Origin: an uncultured Cryomorphaceae bacterium
GTDB lineage: Bacteria; Bacteroidota; Bacteroidia; Flavobacteriales; Schleiferiaceae
Direction of reading: 5' to 3'
Assembly: GCA_913043285.1 (NCBI GenBank)
Contig: CAJWML010000007.1
Coordinates: forward strand, 43,955 to 107,954
Length of the DNA stretch: 64,000 bases
In this document: positions 18,556-26,497 of the stretch, piece after piece
Numbering within the stretch: the stretch's first letter is position 1
How the letters are laid out: every line of letters begins with the position of its first letter
Position numbers and translations under genes: made by a program
Notes under the pieces: generated by a model
What the model saw: the letters and a program-made list of their open reading frames with translations, nothing else
The model's database searches: none
Told to the model about the DNA's origin: nothing

Positions 18556-19806
18556 ATGAAGGTATTTAAATTTGGTGGTGCTTCCGTTAAGGATGCAGAC
18601 AGTGTACGTAATGTAGCTAACGTTTTGAATCACTTCCCTGGTGAGGAAATACTAATTGTAGTTTCGGCTATGGGGAAAACCACCAATGCGCTGGAAAAGG
18701 TGGTGCAGCTCTTTTTTAACGGAAAGGAGGGAGCCCTGGAGCTATTACAGGAAATCAAAGAGGACCACCTCAACATCATACGGGAACTCTTTGCTGCGGA
18801 TGAACACCGTGTTCATAATGATGTGGAGATCCTCTTCAGCCAGCTGGATATCATTTGCCAGGGTAAACCGGATGAAAACTTTAATAAGGCCTATGATCAG
18901 ATCGTAAGTTATGGGGAACTGATCTCTACCAAGATAATTTCCAGCTACCTCAACAGCTCCGGGTATCAGAATAAGTGGCTGGATGCCCGCAGGTTGATCC
19001 GCACCGATCAGAACTACCGTTTTGCGCGGGTAGACTGGAACTTTACGGAGCGTTTGGTGAAAGATACCATATTACCGGATAACCGCTATGTGGTTCAGGG
19101 TTTTATCGGGTCTGATGATGACCTGAACCCCACCACCCTGGGGCGTGAAGGTTCCGATTACACGGCTTCGGTCCTCGGCTATGTGCTGGGTGCGGAAGAG
19201 GTGGTGATCTGGAAGGATGTACCTGGAGTGCTGAATGGTGACCCGAAAGTGTTTGACGGAACCGCCCTCCTGAACCAGATCAGTTACCGTGAGGCCATTG
19301 AGCTGGCTTATTACGGAGCTTCCGTAATCCATCCCAAAACCATACAACCTTTACAAAAAAAGAATATACCCCTTCGGGTGAAGTCATTTGTAAACCCGGA
19401 TGCGGTGGGTACGCTTATCCGCGAAGGTTCAGATCTGGACCCGGTATTGCCTTGTTTCATCAAAAAAGATAACCAGGTGCTCATTACCGTTTCCACCCGT
19501 GACCTGGCTTTTATTGTGGAAGAACACCTGAGCAAGATCTACAAGGTGTTTCACCAGTATGGCATCCGTGTTAACCTGTCGCAGAACACAGCGGTAAGTT
19601 CTTCCTTTTGTATTAACCATGATCCTATTACCACTCCGGTGATCCTGGATGAATTGCAAAAGGATTTTGATGTGTCCTATAATGAGGATGTAAAGCTTTA
19701 CAGCGTAAGGCATTATGATGATGAGGCCCGTACCCGCGTTCAACGTACCGGGAAAATAATGTTGGAACAAATTAGCCGCAATACCTACCAGGTAATAACG
19801 GTTTAA
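18556..19806 (+). CDS. lysC: Aspartate kinase (monofunctional)
   Basis: Start at MKVFKFGGASVKD. SAMGKTT and GREGSDYTA motifs. C-terminal ACT-like region. Confidence 0.85.
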   Translation: MKVFKFGGASVKDADSVRNVANVLNHFPGEEILIVVSAMGKTTNALEKVVQLFFNGKEGALELLQEIKEDHLNIIRELFAADEHRVHNDVEILFSQLDIICQGKPDENFNKAYDQIVSYGELISTKIISSYLNSSGYQNKWLDARRLIRTDQNYRFARVDWNFTERLVKDTILPDNRYVVQGFIGSDDDLNPTTLGREGSDYTASVLGYVLGAEEVVIWKDVPGVLNGDPKVFDGTALLNQISYREAIELAYYGASVIHPKTIQPLQKKNIPLRVKSFVNPDAVGTLIREGSDLDPVLPCFIKKDNQVLITVSTRDLAFIVEEHLSKIYKVFHQYGIRVNLSQNTAVSSSFCINHDPITTPVILDELQKDFDVSYNEDVKLYSVRHYDDEARTRVQRTGKIMLEQISRNTYQVITV

Positions 19807-19848
19807 GCCATTTAAAATGGTTAGCTTTACGGAAAATGCCGCAGAGTA

Positions 19849-21588
19849 GTGAGCCTGGTTAACAAAAGTGATATTGCCAAAGTAGTTCAACTGGACAAAA
19901 TTGGCCTTTCAGGCCTGGCCAAACCCATCATGGATATCCTCCGTATTTCGGATATCAACGAAGTGTACAGCAAGTTTGAAGAGCTGCACGGAGTGGAATT
20001 CATCGATGCTATTCTCAAGGAATTCAAGGTAACTTTTGATTATTACGAAGAAGAGCTCAGGCGCATTCCCAAAGAAGGCCCCTTTATAACCATTTCCAAT
20101 CACCCGCTTGGAGGCATTGACGGTATCATCCTCATTAAGCTTATCAGCCAGGTGCGCCCCGACTATAAGGTGATGGCCAACTTCCTGTTGCAAAAGGTAG
20201 AGCCCCTCAAGGAATTTATCATGCCGGTAAATCCCTTTGACAATAAAGATATACGCTCCAGTTTTACCGGGATCAAGGACAGCATGGAGCATGTAAAAGC
20301 AGGACACCCATTAGGGATATTTCCGGCCGGGGAGGTAAGCACCTATAAATTTGAAGAAGGGAAGATCTCTGACAAACCCTGGGAGGAAAGTGCCATCAAG
20401 ATGATCCGGAAGATGGAAGTACCGGTAATACCGGTTTATTTCAAGGCGCGCAACAGTGCCTTCTTTTACCTCCTTTCCGCCTTGCATCCCAACCTGCGTA
20501 CGGCTAAACTTCCATCGGAACTGCTACATCAGAAGAATAAGTCCATTCGCATACGTATTGGCCGGGCCATTCCGGTAAAGGAGCAAAATGGTTATAAAAC
20601 ACCGGAGCATTACGGTGCTTTTCTCCGGCAGCGAACGTATTTACTGAGGCAGGCCTTGTCGCCCGAAAAAAAGCTTTTTTCCTTAAAGCGACCGGATGAA
20701 CCTAAGGATATCATTGCCCCGGTGGCTACGGAGATCCTGGAGGCTGAGTTGGAAGCTCTGCGCTCTACCAATGCCTTTCTTTTTGAACAAAAGAATTATG
20801 AGCTTTTTATTGCCCCGTCCAGGCGCATCTCCAATCTTCTCACAGAAATAGGTCGCCTTCGCGAACTAACCTTCCGCGCTATTGGTGAGGGAACTAACCT
20901 TCCTCTGGACCTGGATACCTATGACTATCATTACGAGCACCTTATACTCTGGGATAAGGAAAGCCGCAAGCTGGCGGGTTCTTATCGCCTTGGAATAGGT
21001 AGTGATATTTATACAAGGTACGGGGTAAAGGGCTTTTACGTAACCACCCTTTTCAGGGTAGACGATTATATGCACGATGTATTCGCAAAGTCACTGGAAA
21101 TGGGGCGGGCCTTTATTACTCGTGAGCAGCAGCTGAAGCCTTTGCCGCTTTTTCTTTTATGGCGGGGTATTATCCTGGTGCTGAAACGTCATCCGGAATT
21201 GGAATTTATAACGGGCTGCGCCAGCATCAGCAATAAGTTTTCGCGTTTCAGTAAATCCCTTATGGTGGAATATCTCACTACCCATCACGGTGATCCGGAA
21301 ATGGCGGAGCATATACGTCCGCGTAAACCCTTCAAGCCTAAACTCAAGGATGAACATAAGGATGTGGTGTTTGAGAGCAGTGATGACGATCTCAATAAAT
21401 TCGACCGCCTCATCGAAGACCTGGAACCGGGAGATATGCGTTTTCCGGTGCTGATCAAAAAATACATCAAGCAGAATGCCCGTATTGTCTGTTTCAATGT
21501 AGATCCGCTTTTCAATGACTCTTTGGATGGCTTTATGTACATACGCATCAGTGACCTTCCGGAAGAAACCTTATCACCGTCCAAATAA
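19849..21588 (+). CDS. Bifunctional acyltransferase: PlsC-like O-acyltransferase domain plus C-terminal GNAT/hemolysin-like N-acyltransferase domain (OlsF-like)
   Basis: 579 aa. ITISNHPLGGIDG acyltransferase motif in the N-terminal half. The C-terminal half resembles OlsB/hemolysin-type N-acyltransferases. The start codon is uncertain (GTG at 19849). Confidence 0.65.
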   Translation: MSLVNKSDIAKVVQLDKIGLSGLAKPIMDILRISDINEVYSKFEELHGVEFIDAILKEFKVTFDYYEEELRRIPKEGPFITISNHPLGGIDGIILIKLISQVRPDYKVMANFLLQKVEPLKEFIMPVNPFDNKDIRSSFTGIKDSMEHVKAGHPLGIFPAGEVSTYKFEEGKISDKPWEESAIKMIRKMEVPVIPVYFKARNSAFFYLLSALHPNLRTAKLPSELLHQKNKSIRIRIGRAIPVKEQNGYKTPEHYGAFLRQRTYLLRQALSPEKKLFSLKRPDEPKDIIAPVATEILEAELEALRSTNAFLFEQKNYELFIAPSRRISNLLTEIGRLRELTFRAIGEGTNLPLDLDTYDYHYEHLILWDKESRKLAGSYRLGIGSDIYTRYGVKGFYVTTLFRVDDYMHDVFAKSLEMGRAFITREQQLKPLPLFLLWRGIILVLKRHPELEFITGCASISNKFSRFSKSLMVEYLTTHHGDPEMAEHIRPRKPFKPKLKDEHKDVVFESSDDDLNKFDRLIEDLEPGDMRFPVLIKKYIKQNARIVCFNVDPLFNDSLDGFMYIRISDLPEETLSPSK

Positions 21589-21686
21589 TAACGCTGGTCC
21601 GTACCACCGTTGGGTAAAGCCTTTCACTCAAGCAATAATCCTGTCTATTTAGTTGATTTTCTCCGCCTTGTAAAGGAATTGTTTTA

Positions 21687-21703
21687 AATTGGTATCACCA
21701 ATT
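21687..21703. promoter_or_regulatory. Perfect 7-3-7 palindrome AATTGGT-ATC-ACCAATT; candidate operator
   Basis: Read directly from the sequence. It lies 16 nt upstream of the ATG at 21719. Confidence 0.35.
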
Positions 21704-21718
21704 AAACCAAACTTTACC

Positions 21719-24397
21719 ATGATGCGCCCGATCAAGATCCTTGCGGTATTGACCGCACTTTTCCTATTAGGATTTTCACTTTATAAAATTGATGATCATG
21801 TGCGGAACGATGCCGGGAGACCATCCCCGCTTCCGCTACCCAGTACTTTACCCCTGGATCAATACGAAGATCTTTTGTACAGTTTCCTGGATAAGCTGGA
21901 GTACGAAAAACTAGGCTGGAAGAGGGATAAAGGTGTACGGAATACCGGTCCTTTTGTAAACGGCCAGATGTACGGTGTTCACCCCGCAGTGGTGATCTAT
22001 TACTCCCCGGAAGTGATCAGGTGGCTGAAGAACGGTCGGGAAGGGGAAATCCCGGACGGAGCCATGATTGTAAAAGTAATGTATTCAGCTCCTGCGCAGC
22101 GCTATACCCATAGTACTATGAAGGAGTTGAGTGAGCTCATTCATGATAAGGATGCAAAGCTCTTTGATGGATGGACGGTAATGGTGAAGGATAAGAATGG
22201 CTCCAAGGATGGTTGGTTCTGGAGTTATTATGCACCGGGTCAGCCGGTTGATCCCCTTAATAAATACCCTTTTGATTACCCCAATTCCGGCTTTGGTAAT
22301 TATTGTATCCGCTGCCATGCCTCTGCTGAAAAGGAATTTACCTTCAGTAGCCTGTCCAATATTGAAGGGGAACCCGGAACGCCCATTTCCTATTACGTGG
22401 ATAACTCTTGGCAAACCAATGAATTTAACGGTTATGAGGATGCCCATGAAAAACTGGCTAAAGCATTGACCGTTGGAGGTTATGAGGCGAAGGATCAGAA
22501 GGAGTATATCAATGAAGCTTTTCTCCAGACCTATCACCAGATGAAGCCGGTAGCGGCAAAGGATGTAAGCCGTTTTCCCCCGGAAACCTATGATCATGTG
22601 ATCTCCGGCCCGAAAGGCCCGGGTCAGTTCCTCACTTCAGATCAGTGTATTTCCTGCCATGATGGGCAGAGTGGTGCCTTCCTACCCAATATGATCACTG
22701 CACAGGGAGACTCAGTGGTGAATGTTTCACCTTATGGAGAATGGCGCTGGTCCATGATGGGGCTTGCCGGTCGTGATCCGATTTTCTTTGCACAACTGGA
22801 AAGTGAAAAAGCCATTCACAACCAGAAAAACCTACCCAATACTATTCAGAACCTGTGTTTTAGCTGTCATGGGGTGATGGGGCAACGTCAGTTCCATATC
22901 GACTATAATTCTCCGGATTCACTCTTTAAAGAAGAAATTGTATACCACTCCGGTAAGGATGGTTATGATATGACCAAACCGTATAATAAATACGGTGCCC
23001 TGGCCCGTGATGGGATCTCTTGTATGAGCTGCCACCAGATCATTGATGATGGTAAATCCCTCAAAGAGATTGAAACCGGGAAATTTGCAGTGTCAGCACC
23101 CGGAGAAGTACACGGGCCTTTTGAAAATCCTCCCATTCATGCTATGGATAATGGCTTAGGTATTAAGCCTGTGTACAGTAAGTACACCAAATCATCCCGC
23201 CTGTGCGGCAGCTGCCATACCATTAACCTTCCGGTTTTTGATGCGGAAGGCAACCAGCATGGTACCCATTACGAACAGGCCACTTACCTGGAATGGTTGA
23301 ACAGCTCTTTTCAGAACGAGTATGAGCCTAAAGGCAGTAATGTGCAAACCTGTCAGGATTGTCACATGCCTTCTCAATATCCCTTTAAGGCTAAAAATGA
23401 GCTGGCTTTTAAGATCGCCAATATCCAGGACCAGGATTATCCGGAGGCCGATCACCTGGCGGCACTTGGGGATATTACCCTGGAAACGCGCCAGGATTAT
23501 CGCAGGCATACCTTGCTGGGGATCAATTTGTACGCTCTGGAAATGTTCAACCAGTTTGACGATGTGTTGGGCGTGCGTAAAAAGGATTACATGACCGGGC
23601 TTTACGGCTTGAGCAATGCCATAGTGGTGTCCAATCGCCTGGCTAAGGAACACAGTGTACAGGTGGAGATCGAAAAGGTGGATTATGAGAAAGGTAAGTT
23701 GCGGGCACAGGTTAAGCTCACCAACCTCGTGGGGCATCGTTTTCCTTCCGGTGTGGGCTTCAGAAGGGCTTTCCTGCAGTTTGCGGTGATAGACAGGCAT
23801 GGAGATACAGTGTGGGCCTCAGGCCGTACCAATAGTGTAGGCGTGGTTGTGGATGCCAAAGGCCAGCCTCTTCCTTCGGAATTCCTTACACCCAATGAAC
23901 AAGGTGTCCAGCAGTATGAACCCCATTACCAAATCATTACCCGCCAGGACCAGGTGCAGATCTACCAGGAACTTACCAAAAACTGGGAAGGCCAGTTTAC
24001 CACCAGTTTTGTAGCTATTGCCAAGGTGGTGAAGGATAACCGTTTATTGCCACAGGGATGGACCCCTAAAGGTCCCAAAGGTCTGGACCCGGACATGGTG
24101 GAAGCTACACATCCGCACGGAAAGGCCACGGGAGATGAACTATACATGAGCGGGAAAGGCCAGGACGCCATAGTGTACCAAACCGACATTCCCGCAGCAA
24201 AGGCCAAGGGAGGGAAAGTTGTAGCTACCCTGTATTACCAATCCATTCCTCCGTATTATCTTAATCAACGATTTAATACGGCTAAGGGAAAAGATGGTCA
24301 GCGGCTGTATTACCTGGCCAGCCACCTTAATACCAAAAACACCCCGGTAGAAGGCTGGAAACTGGTTACCGGGCAGGCTGAAACCAGTATTCCTTAA
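21719..24397 (+). CDS. Membrane-anchored multihaem c-type cytochrome: P460-like N-terminal domain, five more CXXCH motifs, and a haem-free C-terminal region
   Basis: Six CXXCH motifs in the translation (CIRCH, CISCH, CFSCH, CMSCH, CGSCH, CQDCH at ORF residues 206, 320, 390, 445, 506, 555). N-terminal hydrophobic helix ILAVLTALFLLGFSLY. Start taken at the ATG at 21719, not the TTG at 21689. Confidence 0.8.
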   Translation: MMRPIKILAVLTALFLLGFSLYKIDDHVRNDAGRPSPLPLPSTLPLDQYEDLLYSFLDKLEYEKLGWKRDKGVRNTGPFVNGQMYGVHPAVVIYYSPEVIRWLKNGREGEIPDGAMIVKVMYSAPAQRYTHSTMKELSELIHDKDAKLFDGWTVMVKDKNGSKDGWFWSYYAPGQPVDPLNKYPFDYPNSGFGNYCIRCHASAEKEFTFSSLSNIEGEPGTPISYYVDNSWQTNEFNGYEDAHEKLAKALTVGGYEAKDQKEYINEAFLQTYHQMKPVAAKDVSRFPPETYDHVISGPKGPGQFLTSDQCISCHDGQSGAFLPNMITAQGDSVVNVSPYGEWRWSMMGLAGRDPIFFAQLESEKAIHNQKNLPNTIQNLCFSCHGVMGQRQFHIDYNSPDSLFKEEIVYHSGKDGYDMTKPYNKYGALARDGISCMSCHQIIDDGKSLKEIETGKFAVSAPGEVHGPFENPPIHAMDNGLGIKPVYSKYTKSSRLCGSCHTINLPVFDAEGNQHGTHYEQATYLEWLNSSFQNEYEPKGSNVQTCQDCHMPSQYPFKAKNELAFKIANIQDQDYPEADHLAALGDITLETRQDYRRHTLLGINLYALEMFNQFDDVLGVRKKDYMTGLYGLSNAIVVSNRLAKEHSVQVEIEKVDYEKGKLRAQVKLTNLVGHRFPSGVGFRRAFLQFAVIDRHGDTVWASGRTNSVGVVVDAKGQPLPSEFLTPNEQGVQQYEPHYQIITRQDQVQIYQELTKNWEGQFTTSFVAIAKVVKDNRLLPQGWTPKGPKGLDPDMVEATHPHGKATGDELYMSGKGQDAIVYQTDIPAAKAKGGKVVATLYYQSIPPYYLNQRFNTAKGKDGQRLYYLASHLNTKNTPVEGWKLVTGQAETSIP

Positions 24398-24428
24398 AAT
24401 AGTGCTCATACAAATCAACCAAAAGAAC

Positions 24429-25661
24429 ATGAAATTGAAAACTAAACTGAAGCTCATCGGCCTCGTAATGCTGGGTACGATGGATATGTATGCCCAGCCT
24501 ACCACTACCAACAATGGGAATGCTGACAATAATTCCAATAAAAATATCTCACGATACGGTTCTTCGTATACCGAGCGCGGGATCACCGGTTTTATATTTT
24601 CATCCGACCAGGATTTTTTGAACGTAGCGGGACCTAACCGTGACGCCAATTATACCATGGGAGCCCAGCTTCAGTGGTTCGGACCGGGTACCAATTCCAG
24701 GATACTGGGTTTTCCGTGGTTGCTGGCCGGTGTGGATCAAGCCCTTTTTACGGGAGGCAAACGTTTTCTGTCTGACGAGCGAGAAGGACAATTGGATAAA
24801 TTCCGTTCCAATTTTGGTTTTGGGGTAAGTGCTTTTACCCCGGAAGCCCTTGACCTGGCAGTGCCCGATACTACAGATCGGCCCTATGCTTCAACGCTTT
24901 TTATAAGGACCGGCCGGGTGTACGGTAGTGCCAACAGCCCCTGGATGCTGGAAACTTCATTGACCTTTGATATTCTGGGTTTGCATATTGCGGAATTTGT
25001 GCAAACGGCCATTCACAGTGGTCAACGCATCAATGACCCTGATGCCCGGCCTAACCCTCAAGGTTGGGATCAGCAGGTGAGCAATGGCTTCGGGTTATCC
25101 GCATCCTATGAGGCTACTGCCTACCGCCCTTTGCTCAGGGCTTTTAATGAAAGCGGAACTCCTGTTAAACGTTGGGTTACACCGTATTGGGGTGGAGGGG
25201 TTTCCCTGGGTACCTATACCCGTGCGCGGGGAACCTTGGGCCTGGTCATTGGGAGAGCACCTGATACCGATGGACAATCCATCCCCAGTATGTTTTCCCT
25301 GGATATAGGTCGCGCTGAACGGGACAATGCAAAAAAAGATGAGGTGGGTGGAGTGAATTATGATTCTTATGAGATTGGAAAATGTAAGAAGGGAGATTTC
25401 CAGGTTTTCTTTGATGCCAAGGCACACCTCAATGTATGGGGGTACAACGCGCTCCTGCAGGGACTGCCATGGTCTGACGACCCTTATACCTTAAGCGGAT
25501 CGGATATTGAGCGCCTTACTATTCTCTGGAATGCCAATCTTCACATCATTTTTCGTACTACTTATTTAAGGGGCGGTCTGGGAGCCCGTACGCGGGAGTT
25601 CAAGAGGTCAGGAGGCATGCCGCACGGTTGGGGAACCCTTGCTTTTGGATGGATACTTTAA
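24429..25661 (+). CDS. Outer-membrane protein, lipid A deacylase LpxR-like (DUF2219)
   Basis: Signal peptide ending YAQ and a T/N-rich linker. NRDANYTMG, TDRPYASTLF and VQTAIHSG...GWDQQVSNGFG resemble conserved LpxR blocks (from memory). Beta-rich C-terminus ending AFGWIL. Confidence 0.5.
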   Translation: MKLKTKLKLIGLVMLGTMDMYAQPTTTNNGNADNNSNKNISRYGSSYTERGITGFIFSSDQDFLNVAGPNRDANYTMGAQLQWFGPGTNSRILGFPWLLAGVDQALFTGGKRFLSDEREGQLDKFRSNFGFGVSAFTPEALDLAVPDTTDRPYASTLFIRTGRVYGSANSPWMLETSLTFDILGLHIAEFVQTAIHSGQRINDPDARPNPQGWDQQVSNGFGLSASYEATAYRPLLRAFNESGTPVKRWVTPYWGGGVSLGTYTRARGTLGLVIGRAPDTDGQSIPSMFSLDIGRAERDNAKKDEVGGVNYDSYEIGKCKKGDFQVFFDAKAHLNVWGYNALLQGLPWSDDPYTLSGSDIERLTILWNANLHIIFRTTYLRGGLGARTREFKRSGGMPHGWGTLAFGWIL

Positions 25662-25670
25662 AAAGGTAGT

Positions 25671-26267
25671 ATGAAAGTAAGTGGTGGTATGCGTATCCGT
25701 AATGCCCGTACCGGTTCATCCGGTACATTAGGCATCGTAGTGCTTCGGGGCCAGCAAAAGGTGGGGCTCACCAATCATCATGTGTTGTACGGTTTTAATA
25801 CCGATCCCGTTAAAGGTCAGTTCGGTGACCGGGTGGAAGTAGAAACTGCCCCGGGTCAGTTTTCTTACCTGGGTACGGTAGGAGATACCAGCGAAGCTAT
25901 TGATGCTTCCCTGGTACATATAGACGAAAATTCCGGGCTGGATGTGCAGGTGTATAAAGTTGAAAATTACGCCATAGGTAAACTGGATTCCTCTAAGCTC
26001 AGCAAGGGCTTACCCGTGTACAAAAAGGGATCCAGTTCACTATGGACGCAAGCGGTGGTGCAAGGGTATAAAAAAGGCCCGGTTACCCTAAGGGGTGTGC
26101 CTAATGTTTCCCTGCCCGGGGATAGTGGTACAGTATGGCTGGATTGGATCCCTCCATTTACGGTACACGCATTACACTATTGGGGTAACAACGAGGGGAG
26201 TGTAGCCTGGGGAGTAAATATTGCCAAAGTAGTGGCTGCTTTCGGGCTCAACCCCAAAGCACCATAA
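25671..26267 (+). CDS. Minimal trypsin-like (S1/PA clan) serine peptidase with no signal peptide
   Basis: 198 aa. Triad candidates are His37 (LTNHHV), Asp78 (IDASLV) and Ser152 (PGDSGT). Starts 9 nt after the upstream stop. Confidence 0.7.
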   Translation: MKVSGGMRIRNARTGSSGTLGIVVLRGQQKVGLTNHHVLYGFNTDPVKGQFGDRVEVETAPGQFSYLGTVGDTSEAIDASLVHIDENSGLDVQVYKVENYAIGKLDSSKLSKGLPVYKKGSSSLWTQAVVQGYKKGPVTLRGVPNVSLPGDSGTVWLDWIPPFTVHALHYWGNNEGSVAWGVNIAKVVAAFGLNPKAP

Positions 26268-26497
26268 TTTGTGTGGACTGCTGGCGGCAACCAGGAATAC
26301 TGGAACTTTTAAGTTTCGGGGAAGGGGGGTCGTTAAAGGGATAACGATATAGCCTAAAAACGTTAGCGTGAATCACCAGATTCCGTGATTCTGCCCCGTG
26401 CTCTGATTTCATAAATTAGCAATAAACCAAACCTTCATGAAATTCGCTTATACCATACCTGCAAAATCGTATTGTCCACCTAAAATGTATCTGACAA

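Noticed and set aside
21719-25661. Porin-cytochrome conduit (MtrAB-like) formed by the multihaem protein and the following beta-barrel
   Set aside because: The barrel protein resembles the 12-stranded LpxR family rather than a large MtrB-type sheath. The cytochrome appears anchored to the inner membrane, and no outer-surface cytochrome is present.
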